In this document: piece after piece, positions 31,406 to 41,713 of the stretch
Layout of the letters: each line of letters begins with the position of its first letter
Numbering within the stretch: position 1 is the first letter of the stretch
Assembly: GCA_015059095.1 (NCBI GenBank)
Contig: SVBA01000009.1
Span: forward strand, 3,228-67,227
Reading direction: 5' to 3'
DNA length: 64,000 nucleotides
Origin: Erysipelotrichaceae bacterium
Lineage (GTDB): Bacteria; Bacillota_I; Bacilli_A; RFN20; CAG-449
The notes under the pieces: generated by a model
Seen by the model: the letters and a program-made list of their open reading frames with translations, nothing else
The model's database searches: none
What the model was told of the DNA's origin: nothing
Translations under genes and position numbers: made by a program

Positions 31406-32056
31406 ATGGAAGTAGTAAAAAAACTTAAAATTCATGGAAAATGGATTATCTGTAAGATTAAACGAAGTAAATCAAAAAGAGGATTTTCTTCTATTTTATC
31501 TTATGGTCATTTGAGAATTGTTTGTGGTGAATTTTATACTGAAAGTAAAATTGTATCCACTTTAGAATCACTTTATTCTATTAAAAAAATTGAAAAAGTT
31601 TTTTCCGATGACTTAATAAATGATGAATATGTATATTTATTAGGGGAAAAAAGAAGGATTGTTGTATTAAGTGAAGGACAAAATGCTACTTCAATGACTG
31701 ATTTAATAGTTAGAAATAGAAAAGATATAGAAAAGTATCTTGATAAATTTAGAATAGAAGTATTTACTGAAAGAGTGAGGAGATATGAACAAATTATGAA
31801 TTCACCTATTGTTCATGAAGTAAAAACTAGACATTTAGATAGAGCGTATGGTAAAAATTTTTATGGTCTAAAAAAGATAGTATTAGAAAAACGTTTGATT
31901 CATTTTTCTTTAGAAATAATTGATCATACAGTTATGCATGAAATAGCACATGATTTTTATCAAAATCATTCAAAGGATTTTTATAGAATATTAGAAATCT
32001 TTTGTCCAAATCATAAAAAAATTAAAGATAAACTTAATTACGGGGTGAGAAAATAA
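31406..32056 (+). CDS. YgjP-like metal-dependent hydrolase (DUF45/M48-like, HExxH)
   Basis: C-terminal VMHEIAHDFYQNHSKDFYRIL matches the YgjP/DUF45 zinc motif. Confidence 0.6.
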   Translation: MEVVKKLKIHGKWIICKIKRSKSKRGFSSILSYGHLRIVCGEFYTESKIVSTLESLYSIKKIEKVFSDDLINDEYVYLLGEKRRIVVLSEGQNATSMTDLIVRNRKDIEKYLDKFRIEVFTERVRRYEQIMNSPIVHEVKTRHLDRAYGKNFYGLKKIVLEKRLIHFSLEIIDHTVMHEIAHDFYQNHSKDFYRILEIFCPNHKKIKDKLNYGVRK

Positions 32057-32766
32057 TGAAAAAATATATTACAAGTTCTTCAAACAAATTAATCAAAGAT
32101 TTAATAAAATTAAAAAATAATAAAGAAGAAAGATTTTTAATTGAAGGAAAAGATTTATTAGATTTAGCGTATCTTAATAATCTTTTAGAAATGGTTATTA
32201 CAACTGAAGACGATGATGAGTTTAATAATGTTGAAACGATAATTGTTCCTAAATTTATTTTAGAAAAATTATCAAATAATAAGTCAGTTCAACCTTATAT
32301 TGGCGTTAGTAGACTTCCTAAAGTTTCTTCTAAATTAGGTGATAAATTAGTTTATTTAGATGGAGTTCAAGATCCAGGAAATGTGGGAACTATTATTAGA
32401 ACTGCTTTAGCTTTCTCTTATGATGGAGTAATATTATCAAAGGATTCAGCATCATTAACTAATTCAAAAGTCATTCAATCTACTAAAGGAGCGTTATTTT
32501 CTATTCCTTTATCTAATCAAGTATCATTAAAGGAATTAAAAGAGCAAGGATACATGATTATTGTTACTAGTCTTGAAGATTCAATTAATTATCTTAAAAC
32601 TCCAAAATTTGATAAGTTTGTTTTGGTTTTAGGTAATGAAGGTCAAGGTGTAAAAAAAGAAAATATAGAACTTGCAGATACTGTTGTAAGAATTGAAATG
32701 GGAAATATAGATTCATTAAATGTTGCAGTTGCTGGTGGAATATTGATGAATCATTATAGGGGATAA
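32056..32766 (+). CDS. TrmH/SpoU-family RNA 2'-O-methyltransferase
   Basis: SPOUT motifs LDGVQDPGNVGTIIRTA, LVLGNEGQGV and a V.I.M segment. Confidence 0.8.
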   Translation: MKKYITSSSNKLIKDLIKLKNNKEERFLIEGKDLLDLAYLNNLLEMVITTEDDDEFNNVETIIVPKFILEKLSNNKSVQPYIGVSRLPKVSSKLGDKLVYLDGVQDPGNVGTIIRTALAFSYDGVILSKDSASLTNSKVIQSTKGALFSIPLSNQVSLKELKEQGYMIIVTSLEDSINYLKTPKFDKFVLVLGNEGQGVKKENIELADTVVRIEMGNIDSLNVAVAGGILMNHYRG

Positions 32767-32769
32767 GTT

Positions 32770-33519
32770 ATGAAGTTTGTATCGTTTAATGTTAATGGCT
32801 TAAGAGCTATTTTAAAAAAGACATTTATAGAAGATTTTGATAAATTTGACGCTGATATTTTTTCTTTAAATGAGACAAAATTAAGTGATGATTCTTTTCC
32901 TTTTATGCCTGAAGGATATAATGTTTATCATACATATTCTAAAGTAAGAAAAGGATACTCTGGAGTAGCAGTTTTTAGCAAAAAACTCCCTTTAAATGTT
33001 CATTATGGACTATTAGATAATAAGTATGATGACGAAGGTAGAGTAATCACTTTAGAATTTGAAAAATTTTATTATGTAGCATGTTATGTTCCTAATGCTG
33101 GTGATGAATTAAAGAGAATGGATTTTAGAATGCAATTTGAAAAAGATTTAATTGAATATTTTTCTTCATTAAATAAACCGATTGTATATTGTGGAGATTT
33201 AAATGTTGCTCATAATCCTATCGATTTAAAGAATCCTAAATCGAATACTCATAATGCTGGATTTACTATTGAAGAAAGAACAGCTTTTAATAATTTACTA
33301 TCGCAAGGATATATTGATACATTTAGATATCTTTATCCAGAAGTAATTAAATATTCTTGGTGGAGTTATATGTTTAATAGTAGAAAGAATAATGCTGGAT
33401 GGAGAATTGATTATTATTTAGTAAGTGAAGAAATTAAAGATTTAGTTAAAGATGCTGAAATTCATAATGATGTTTATGGTAGCGATCATTGTCCAGTTAG
33501 CTTAACTATTGATTTTTAA
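32770..33519 (+). CDS. xth: exodeoxyribonuclease III
   Basis: MKFVSFNVNGLRA start, E34-like NETK, and the C-terminal GSDHCPV motif of the ExoIII/APE1 family. Confidence 0.85.
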   Translation: MKFVSFNVNGLRAILKKTFIEDFDKFDADIFSLNETKLSDDSFPFMPEGYNVYHTYSKVRKGYSGVAVFSKKLPLNVHYGLLDNKYDDEGRVITLEFEKFYYVACYVPNAGDELKRMDFRMQFEKDLIEYFSSLNKPIVYCGDLNVAHNPIDLKNPKSNTHNAGFTIEERTAFNNLLSQGYIDTFRYLYPEVIKYSWWSYMFNSRKNNAGWRIDYYLVSEEIKDLVKDAEIHNDVYGSDHCPVSLTIDF

Positions 33520-33574
33520 AGTATTTGATGAGATTTAATTGTATTTTTATATTTTTTAATATAAACTATCTAAA

Positions 33575-33812
33575 GAAGCGTAAGAAGACAAAAGCCTAAG
33601 GTGATTTATTAGAGAGTTCTTCATATTGGTGAAAGAAGAATTAAAGTGACTTAGAAACTTATCACTTCCTAGCTAAGATTCTGAACTAAGAGTAAGAAAA
33701 TTCGTTTACATCACGTTACGATGAATCAAGGTGTCTAGAGAAAGTCTAGAAACTAAGGTGGTACCGCGTTATTGTTATTATAGCGTCCTTAGATATTAAG
33801 GACGCTTTTTAT
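33575..33812 (+). promoter_or_regulatory. T-box riboswitch leader (Ile-specific, controls ileS)
   Basis: Stem I start AGAGAGTT and an AGTGA K-turn-like element. The conserved T-box sequence AAACTAAGGTGGTACCGCG lies at about 33750-33768. The terminator AGCGTCCTTAGATATTAAGGACGCTTTTT follows immediately, 20 nt before the ileS RBS. Confidence 0.8.
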
Positions 33813-33831
33813 ATTTAAAGGAGGAAATTTT

Positions 33832-36576
33832 ATGGAAATCAATAAAACCTTATTAATGGGCAAGACTAATTTTGAAATGAGAGGTAATCTTGCTCAAAAA
33901 GAACCAATCATGTTAAAGAAATGGGAAGAAGATAATGTTTATCATGCATTATTAAAGAAAAGAGAAGGATGTGAAGAATATATTCTTCATGATGGTCCTC
34001 CATATGCTAATGGTGATATGCACTGTGGTCATATGTTAAATAGAATTTTAAAAGATATTATAGTTCGTTATAAAGGTATGAGTGGATATTATGTTCCATT
34101 CTATCCAGGTTGGGATACTCATGGTTTACCAATTGAAAATGCTGTAACTAAATCTGGTGTTAATAGAAAAGCAATTCCAGCTTCTGAATTTAGAACTAAA
34201 TGTGAAGCATATGCTAAAAAACAAATTTTAAGACAAATGGAACAAGTTAGAAGACTTGGTATTAATGCTGATTTTGATGATAGATATGTTACATTAGATA
34301 AGAAATTTGAAAAGAATCAAATTCATGTTTTCTCAAAAATGGCTTTAGATGGATTAATTTATAAAGGATTAAAACCTGTTTATTGGTCTCCATCGAGTGA
34401 ATCAGCTTTAGCAGAAGCAGAAATTGAATATGCTGATGTAAAAGCGACTACTATCTTTGTTAGATTCAATGTTAATGATGGTAAAGGTGTTTTATCTAGT
34501 GATGATGCATTTATCATTTGGACAACTACTCCTTGGACATTACCTGCTAACTTAGCAATTTGTTTAAATGAAAGATTAGAATATGGTTTATTTAAAACTG
34601 AAAAAGGAAACTTTGTTTTCTTAACTTGTTTAGAAAATGATTTAAAAGAAAAAATCGGTTTTGAATCAGTTGAATTAATTAAAACATTTAAAGGTAAAGA
34701 ATTAGAAGGTATTACTACTAAACATCCAATGTATGATAGAGATTCTATTATCATTTTAGGTGATCACGTTACTGCTGATGCAGGTACTGGTTGTGTACAT
34801 ACTGCTCCAGGACATGGTGCAGATGACTATAATGTTGGTACTAAATATGGTTTACCTCCTTTATGTCCAGTTGATGAACATGGATATATGATGGAAGAAT
34901 GTGGTGAAAGATTAAAAGGATTATTCTATGAAAAGGCAAATGATGAAGTTCTAGTTTGGTTAGAAGAAGTTAATGCTTTATTACATAGAGAAGATATCGT
35001 TCACTCTTATCCTCATGACTGGAGAACTCATAAACCTGTAATCTTTAGAGCAACACCTCAATGGTTCTGTTCTATCGATAAAATTAGAGATCAATTATTA
35101 GAACAAATTGATGCAGTTAATTGGACTCCATCTTGGGGTAAATTAAGAATGCATAATATGATTAAAGATAGAGGTGACTGGTGTATCTCTAGACAAAGAA
35201 TTTGGGGTGTACCAATTCCAATTATTTATAATGAAGATGGTTCTCCAATTATGGAAAAAGCAGTATTCGATCATATTGAAAATTTAATTGGTGAATATGG
35301 TAGTAATGTTTGGTTTGATAGAACTGCAAATGAATTACTTCCAGAAGGATATACTAACCCAGCTTCACCAAATGGTAACTTTAGAAAAGAAACTGATATC
35401 ATGGATGTATGGTTTGACTCGGGTTCATCATTTAATACAGAAATTGATAGAGGATATAAATATCCAGTAGATTTATATTTAGAAGGTAGTGACCAATATA
35501 GAGGTTGGTTCAACTCTTCATTAATTATTTCTACTGCTATGAATGGAGTTGCACCTTATAAAAATGTTGTTTCTCATGGATTTATCTGTGATGAAAAAGG
35601 ATTCAAGATGTCTAAATCATTAGGTAATGGTGTTGATCCAAATAAGATTATTAATGTCTATGGTTCTGATATTTTAAGATTGTGGTGTGCAACAGTTAAC
35701 TATCAAGCTGATGTTAGAATTTCAGAAAATTTAATTAAGAAAGTTTCTGAGACTTATAGAAAAATTAGAAATACATTTAAATTTATGTTAGCAAATCTTT
35801 CTGATGGTGAAGGGAAATCATTTAATCCTGAAACTGATTCAGTAAAAGAATTCTCTAAACTTTCTACTTATGTTTTAGCTTCTTTAGAACAAACTAAAAA
35901 TGAAGTTTTAGATGCATATGATGCTTATGATTATGCTAGTGTTGTACAAAGTTTATTAAATTACTTAACTGGTGATTGTTCTGCTTTATACTTAAGTGTC
36001 GCTAAAGATTCACTTTATTGCGAAAAAGTCGACTCTTTATCTAGAAAAGAAGTACAAACTGTTATTTATACAATGTTAACAACATTATCTAAATTATTAT
36101 CACCAATCTTAGCGTTTACTATGGATGAAGTATATCAAAATATTCCATATCATAAAGAAAGTCATATGCTACTTGAAGATATGCCTAGTAGATCTAATGA
36201 ATATGATCACTCTATCTTAGAGGAATTCGATTTATTTAAACAAGTAAGAAATGATGTATTAAAAGCATTAGAAGATGCTAGAGCAAATTCAGTGATTGGT
36301 TCTGGTCAAGAAGCTGATGTTAAATTCTCTCCAAAAGGTAGTAAAGAATTATTCCAATCTATGTCTAAAGAAGAGTTACAATTGTACTTTGTTGTTTCAA
36401 AAGTTACATTAGTAGATGAAAATGTTGGAACAGAATATGAAAATACATATGTAGAAGTTAAACATCATGAAGGTCACAAATGTGAAAGATGTTGGAACTA
36501 CTTTGATGAATTAGTTGAAATTGATGGACACTATGTATGTCCAAGATGTCATGAGGTAATTAAAGATGTGGAATAA
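33832..36576 (+). CDS. ileS: isoleucyl-tRNA synthetase
   Basis: HIGH-type motif (PYANGDMHCGHMLN), KMSKS, and C-terminal zinc-binding CxxC pairs. 914 aa. Confidence 0.95.
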   Translation: MEINKTLLMGKTNFEMRGNLAQKEPIMLKKWEEDNVYHALLKKREGCEEYILHDGPPYANGDMHCGHMLNRILKDIIVRYKGMSGYYVPFYPGWDTHGLPIENAVTKSGVNRKAIPASEFRTKCEAYAKKQILRQMEQVRRLGINADFDDRYVTLDKKFEKNQIHVFSKMALDGLIYKGLKPVYWSPSSESALAEAEIEYADVKATTIFVRFNVNDGKGVLSSDDAFIIWTTTPWTLPANLAICLNERLEYGLFKTEKGNFVFLTCLENDLKEKIGFESVELIKTFKGKELEGITTKHPMYDRDSIIILGDHVTADAGTGCVHTAPGHGADDYNVGTKYGLPPLCPVDEHGYMMEECGERLKGLFYEKANDEVLVWLEEVNALLHREDIVHSYPHDWRTHKPVIFRATPQWFCSIDKIRDQLLEQIDAVNWTPSWGKLRMHNMIKDRGDWCISRQRIWGVPIPIIYNEDGSPIMEKAVFDHIENLIGEYGSNVWFDRTANELLPEGYTNPASPNGNFRKETDIMDVWFDSGSSFNTEIDRGYKYPVDLYLEGSDQYRGWFNSSLIISTAMNGVAPYKNVVSHGFICDEKGFKMSKSLGNGVDPNKIINVYGSDILRLWCATVNYQADVRISENLIKKVSETYRKIRNTFKFMLANLSDGEGKSFNPETDSVKEFSKLSTYVLASLEQTKNEVLDAYDAYDYASVVQSLLNYLTGDCSALYLSVAKDSLYCEKVDSLSRKEVQTVIYTMLTTLSKLLSPILAFTMDEVYQNIPYHKESHMLLEDMPSRSNEYDHSILEEFDLFKQVRNDVLKALEDARANSVIGSGQEADVKFSPKGSKELFQSMSKEELQLYFVVSKVTLVDENVGTEYENTYVEVKHHEGHKCERCWNYFDELVEIDGHYVCPRCHEVIKDVE

Positions 36577-37180
36577 GGTAAAAAAAGTATTGCATAAAAT
36601 TTTTATTGAATACTTTGGCCTTGTTATTGTTGGATTACTTGCCGTTGATATAATAACTAAGTATGTCATGGAAGGAATTTTAAAAAATCCTGGAAGTTCT
36701 ATAGAATTAATTCCAGGATTATTAGAATTTCAATTAGTCTACAATAAAGGAGCATTCGCTGGAATGCTTGGTGGAACTGTTGGCCATATTCTATTAATAT
36801 TAATTTCTATTTTAGGAACAGGTGTTATGACTTATGGATTAATTAAGTATCGTTATAAAATTAATAAAGGAATGTTAATTGGCATTATTATGGCACTTCC
36901 TGGTTGTTTTGGTAATTTAATTGATCGAGTAATTTATGTTAATGGTGAACCACGTGGTGTAATTGATTTTATTCATTTCTATATTGATGCGATTAATTTT
37001 GATTGGCCAGTATTTAATGTAGCAGATATGCTACTAGTTGTTGGAACGATTGTCTTTGCTGTTTTCTATTTTATTTATGATTCTAAATTAGAAAAAGAAA
37101 AGAAAGCTAAATTAGAAGAAATAGAAAAGCAAAAGATGGAAGAATTAAATTCTACTAAAGAGGAAACAAACAATGAATAA
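36566..37180 (+). CDS. lspA: lipoprotein signal peptidase II with Lys/Glu-rich C-terminal tail
   Basis: GNLIDRV and FNVADMLLVVG motifs of signal peptidase II. It follows ileS, the conserved position. Confidence 0.8.
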   Translation: MWNKVKKVLHKIFIEYFGLVIVGLLAVDIITKYVMEGILKNPGSSIELIPGLLEFQLVYNKGAFAGMLGGTVGHILLILISILGTGVMTYGLIKYRYKINKGMLIGIIMALPGCFGNLIDRVIYVNGEPRGVIDFIHFYIDAINFDWPVFNVADMLLVVGTIVFAVFYFIYDSKLEKEKKAKLEEIEKQKMEELNSTKEETNNE

Positions 37181-38096
37181 GCAAAGATTTATTGTTGAAG
37201 AAGAGAATTCTTCGATGAGATTAGATGCCTATCTATCAAGTAAAGATTTAGGTAAATCACGATCTTATATTCAAAAATCAATTGAAGATGGAAATTGTTT
37301 AGTTAATGGGAAAATAATAAAAAAAGCTTCATATAAGGTTAATGAAGGTGAAGAAATTGAGTTTTCTTTATTAGAAGATAAACCTTTAGACGTAGTAAAA
37401 AAAGATATTCCAATTAATATTATTTATCAAGATGATGATTTGTTAGTTATTAATAAACCTAGAGGGATGGTTGTTCATCCAGCAAATGGTCATTATGATG
37501 GAGATACTTTAGTTAATGCGTTATTATACCATATTAAAGATTTATCTTCTATTAATGGAGTAGTAAGACCAGGTATTGTTCATCGTATTGATAAAGATAC
37601 TTCAGGATTATTAGTAGTTGCTAAAAATGATGAAGCACATGTGTTTTTATCTAATCAATTATTAGATCATTCAATGCACAGAGAATATATGGCTTTAGTT
37701 GAAGGAGTAATTCCTCATACCGATATTAAGATTGACGCACCTTTAGGAAAAGATCCAAAAGACAGATTAAAAAGATGTGTTGATATATATAATGGTAAAG
37801 AAGCAGTTACTCATGTTCATGTATTAGAAAGATTTAAAGCAAATACTTTAGTTAGATGTACTTTAGAAACAGGTAGAACACATCAAATTAGAGTTCATAT
37901 GCAATATATTAGACATCCTATTGTTGGTGATCCAGTATATGGATATAGAAAACAAGAGATTAAGGCAAACGGTCAAATTTTACATGCTTATCAATTAACA
38001 TTTGTTCATCCTAGAACTAAACAAGAAATGACATTTACTTGTCCTATTGATGAAGAATTTGAAAGAGCGTTAGAAGCGGCTAGAAATAAAAAATAA
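37173..38096 (+). CDS. rluD: RluA-family 23S rRNA pseudouridine synthase (RluD-like)
   Basis: S4 domain at the N-terminus and the catalytic HRIDKDTSGLLVVAK motif. Conserved ileS-lspA-rluD order. Confidence 0.85.
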   Translation: MNKQRFIVEEENSSMRLDAYLSSKDLGKSRSYIQKSIEDGNCLVNGKIIKKASYKVNEGEEIEFSLLEDKPLDVVKKDIPINIIYQDDDLLVINKPRGMVVHPANGHYDGDTLVNALLYHIKDLSSINGVVRPGIVHRIDKDTSGLLVVAKNDEAHVFLSNQLLDHSMHREYMALVEGVIPHTDIKIDAPLGKDPKDRLKRCVDIYNGKEAVTHVHVLERFKANTLVRCTLETGRTHQIRVHMQYIRHPIVGDPVYGYRKQEIKANGQILHAYQLTFVHPRTKQEMTFTCPIDEEFERALEAARNKK

Positions 38097-38125
38097 ACAC
38101 TATCGTAATGATAGTGTTTTATTTT
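38095..38125. terminator. rho-independent terminator
   Basis: AAACACTATC-GTAAT-GATAGTGTTT followed by a T-run. Confidence 0.7.
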
Positions 38126-38157
38126 GAATAAAGTCTGATTTTTCGGACATTTTAATG

Positions 38158-38697
38158 CTATAGACAATTAATTTTATCATTATATAATTGATATACTAAA
38201 TCAGTTATTTCCATCAATGTTTTATTATCAGTATCAATAGTATAATCGGCAAAAGATAATTTATCATTAGAAAATGCAATTCTATCGTTTCTTATTCTTT
38301 CTTCAATCGATTCAGGTAAATCTCCTCTATAAACCATTCTATTATATCTAGTAACTTCTGAACACATTAAAACAAAGACTACAATATGAGGATCATTTAA
38401 TTTTAAAAAGTTTGCTACTCCTTGAGGTTCTAAAATAACTGCTTTATTATCTGCAACTTCGTTTTTAGCACAGCCATAATAGTTATTATTATAGCATGCT
38501 GTTTCAACAAAATAGTTTTTACTAGCAAGTTCTAAAAATTCCTCTTTAGAAGTGAAATGATAGTCCACATGATTGACTTCATTTATTCTAATAGGTCTAG
38601 TTGTATTTGTTACAGCTTTCTTAATATTATATTTACTTGCTAATAGTTTAGCAACTTCAGTTTTACCACTTGCAGATGGTCCACATAAAATAATCAT
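38158..38697 (-). CDS. guanylate kinase-like P-loop kinase (short paralog, 179 aa)
   Basis: P-loop GPSASGKT, TTRPIR...VDYHF (the Gmk TTR-x-R...DY-F pattern), YYG and EPQG motifs. Confidence 0.55.
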   Translation of the reverse strand: MIILCGPSASGKTEVAKLLASKYNIKKAVTNTTRPIRINEVNHVDYHFTSKEEFLELASKNYFVETACYNNNYYGCAKNEVADNKAVILEPQGVANFLKLNDPHIVVFVLMCSEVTRYNRMVYRGDLPESIEERIRNDRIAFSNDKLSFADYTIDTDNKTLMEITDLVYQLYNDKINCL

Positions 38698-38778
38698 TTG
38701 TTTTCACCTCTTCATTTAATTATAAATTAAATTGAAGAAAGAATAAATATAAAATATAATAATTGTGGAGGATATGAT

Positions 38779-39894
38779 ATGAAAGTAGTTGTTATAGGCG
38801 CAGGTCCTTGTGGGATTATGGCAAGTATTGAAATTAAAAAGAATAATCCTGAATATCAAGTAATTCTACTTGAAAAAGATTCTAGAAGCATCGGTAGTAG
38901 AATTAAGGTTTCTGGTAATGGAAGATGTAATTTAGGAAATAGTAATATTAATGAAAAGAAGTACAATCATTCATTATTTGTAAGAGACATTATATCTTTA
39001 AAAGAAGATTTGTTTTCTTATTTAAATGAAGGTGGATTAGGATACTTTACTGATGAAGAAGGAAGAATTTATCCGCTTAGTGAATCTTCCATTTCTGTTA
39101 TTCATGTTTTAAATAATTTGTTGAAAAAATATGGTGTGGATGTCAAATTAGATAGTAAGGTTGTCGAAATAAAGAAAAGTGGTAATAAATATCGAGTTTT
39201 ATGCGAAAAAGACGAATATTTTGCTGACAAAATAGTTTTAGCAATTGGTGGAATATCTCAATTAAATGATAAGTCTTTATATAGTAAATTACTAAATGAA
39301 TTAGATGTTAGAATAACCGATTTAAAGCCATCATTAACTCCTATTTTAACTTCAAAATTCGATAAAAGATTAGAAGGAAAAAGATGTAAAGTAAATGTAA
39401 AACTATTTAGAGATGGTGATTTAGTAAAAATTGAAGATGGTGAAATGTTATTTAAAAAAGATGGTGTATCGGGAATTGTGATGTTTAATATGTCATCTTA
39501 TTTATCTAGACAACATATCGATGATTATAGTTCATATTATTTTATAATTGATTTACTTCCTAAATTAACATATCATGAGTATTTAAAATTTAGAAGTATT
39601 GATCCAAGTCTTAAAAATATCATGCAAGAAGATATTGCTAGAGAAGTTGTTTCTAAAGGAATTGATCCAAAAGAATTTTTATTAGAAATAAAAGGACTTT
39701 ATGATTTTAAAAATTCACAAGTTACAAGTGGAGGAGTTGCTTTAGAAGAATTAAATTCTAATTTATCTTTAAAAAAAGATAATAATATCTTTATAGGTGG
39801 GGAAACTATAGATATCGATGGAGAATGCGGAGGATATAATATAGAATTTGCATTCCTATCTGGTATTAAAATAGGTCGTTTCTTCAATGAATAA
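38779..39894 (+). CDS. HI0933/BaiN-like FAD-dependent flavoprotein (aminoacetone-oxidase family)
   Basis: Rossmann VVVIGAGPCG, then GSRIKVSGNGRCN, and a C-terminal GGETIDIDGECGGYN. Confidence 0.7.
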   Translation: MKVVVIGAGPCGIMASIEIKKNNPEYQVILLEKDSRSIGSRIKVSGNGRCNLGNSNINEKKYNHSLFVRDIISLKEDLFSYLNEGGLGYFTDEEGRIYPLSESSISVIHVLNNLLKKYGVDVKLDSKVVEIKKSGNKYRVLCEKDEYFADKIVLAIGGISQLNDKSLYSKLLNELDVRITDLKPSLTPILTSKFDKRLEGKRCKVNVKLFRDGDLVKIEDGEMLFKKDGVSGIVMFNMSSYLSRQHIDDYSSYYFIIDLLPKLTYHEYLKFRSIDPSLKNIMQEDIAREVVSKGIDPKEFLLEIKGLYDFKNSQVTSGGVALEELNSNLSLKKDNNIFIGGETIDIDGECGGYNIEFAFLSGIKIGRFFNE

Positions 39895-41707
39895 AAGATT
39901 ATTATTAGTAACTATATTTTGCTTAACTAGTTGTAAAATGAATGATTCATCAAATGAAGAAAGTATTTTAACTACTTCATTTGATGTTTTTTCTTATTAT
40001 CAAAAAGAAATTCAAGAATTGAATAATGTTTATTTAAAGAAAACGCAAATATTAGATAAAAATAATAAAGAATTTGAATTATTGACAAAAGAATATTGGG
40101 ATAAATATAATAATTTAATCAGTTATCTACAAAATAAACTCCAAGAAGTAGAAATAAAGGATTATTTTATTGAACAGATTGGTAAAGATGAAGTAGATTA
40201 TTTACTAAATATTGATACTAATAGAATTTTTTATTCTAAAAAATATATTCCTTTAGATATAAATAAAATAGATTCATTAATTCAAAAAATTAAAACTTCT
40301 ATTAATCTTTCATATGATTATTATCAGTTATCTTATTTACTAGATGAATTTTTAATTTTGTATGAGGATGCCATTTCTAGTTCTTTACATATAAATGTTT
40401 TAAGCGATTTATATTTAGATAATAAGTCTTATCAAAAAGAAAAAGAAATAGTAGATACATATATAGTGAAATTAGAAAATGATTATAAATATATATTTAA
40501 AGAATTATTAAGTAATGAATATTATAAAGAATTAGTAGTAGAAGATTTAGAGCTAAATGAGGATGAAATAAGTTATTTTTTAGTAAGTGAAATATATTCT
40601 AAAGAAGTCTTAACATTATTTGAAGAAGAAAGTCAATTAGAAAATAAATATCTAAATTTGTCGACTAATAGTAGTAAATTAGAATTGTTTATAGAATTAG
40701 TAAATATTAGAAAACAAATTAGTAATCTATTAGGATATTCTTCGTATGTGGATTATGTGTATAAAAGTGTTTATCAAAGAAATTACACTTTAGAAGATGT
40801 TAATAATTTATTAGAAAATATATTTATTAATAATTCATTAAAAAATAGTTATCTATATTATTCATATAAAGAAGATAAGACAAATTACTATTCAGTTAAT
40901 GAGTTAGATTTGTTAAATAATTTAGAGTATGTTAAGTATTTCTTGCCTGAAAGTGAACCAATCATTAAAGAATTGAAAACATATGGTTTTTATAATTTTG
41001 ATTATCGAAATAATAAATATAAAGGTTCTTATAAAACATATATTGATATTAAAAATAAAGATCAGTTCATTTTATTAAATGTAAATAATAATATTAATGA
41101 TTATTTAACTTTATTTCATGAGTTTGGTCATTATTTAAGTGGTAAACTAGAAAAAGATAAATTAAAAGGTAATAAATTTGATTTGGATATTGCAGAAGTT
41201 CATTCTCAATCTTTAGAGTATATAATGTCTTCTTACTATCATTTGTTTCTTAGCGAAGAAGAAAGTAGAGAATTGGATAATAGACTATTATTTAATGCAT
41301 TATGGACAATATATTCATCATCTATAGTTAGTGAATTTGAAAATTATGTATATTTAAATGATGTTGATATTTCTAATATTCAAGAGAAATTTGATTCATT
41401 AATTGAAGAACATTTATTCCCATATAGTTTTGGAATGGATAAAAATCACTATTTATTTACTAATATTTCTCATATTTATACTAGTCCTTGTTATTATATC
41501 TCCTATTTAACTAGTATTATACCTTCATTAATTTTATGGAGTGAAGATGATCAAGAATTAGTAAAAAAACAGTACAAAACTATTTTAGAATATGGTACTA
41601 GTAATGATTTTATTTATGTATTAGATCAAGTTAATTTACCTTCGCCTTTTGAAAAAAGTTCGATTGATTTAATAAGTCGATTTATAGAAAAGAAAAAGAC
41701 TATCTAA
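39887..41707 (+). CDS. lipoprotein with M3-like zinc metallopeptidase motif (oligoendopeptidase F-like)
   Basis: Lipobox LTSCKM and an HEFGHYL HExxH motif near residue 400. Family assignment is tentative. Confidence 0.4.
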   Translation: MNKRLLLVTIFCLTSCKMNDSSNEESILTTSFDVFSYYQKEIQELNNVYLKKTQILDKNNKEFELLTKEYWDKYNNLISYLQNKLQEVEIKDYFIEQIGKDEVDYLLNIDTNRIFYSKKYIPLDINKIDSLIQKIKTSINLSYDYYQLSYLLDEFLILYEDAISSSLHINVLSDLYLDNKSYQKEKEIVDTYIVKLENDYKYIFKELLSNEYYKELVVEDLELNEDEISYFLVSEIYSKEVLTLFEEESQLENKYLNLSTNSSKLELFIELVNIRKQISNLLGYSSYVDYVYKSVYQRNYTLEDVNNLLENIFINNSLKNSYLYYSYKEDKTNYYSVNELDLLNNLEYVKYFLPESEPIIKELKTYGFYNFDYRNNKYKGSYKTYIDIKNKDQFILLNVNNNINDYLTLFHEFGHYLSGKLEKDKLKGNKFDLDIAEVHSQSLEYIMSSYYHLFLSEEESRELDNRLLFNALWTIYSSSIVSEFENYVYLNDVDISNIQEKFDSLIEEHLFPYSFGMDKNHYLFTNISHIYTSPCYYISYLTSIIPSLILWSEDDQELVKKQYKTILEYGTSNDFIYVLDQVNLPSPFEKSSIDLISRFIEKKKTI

Positions 41708-41713
41708 GATAGT

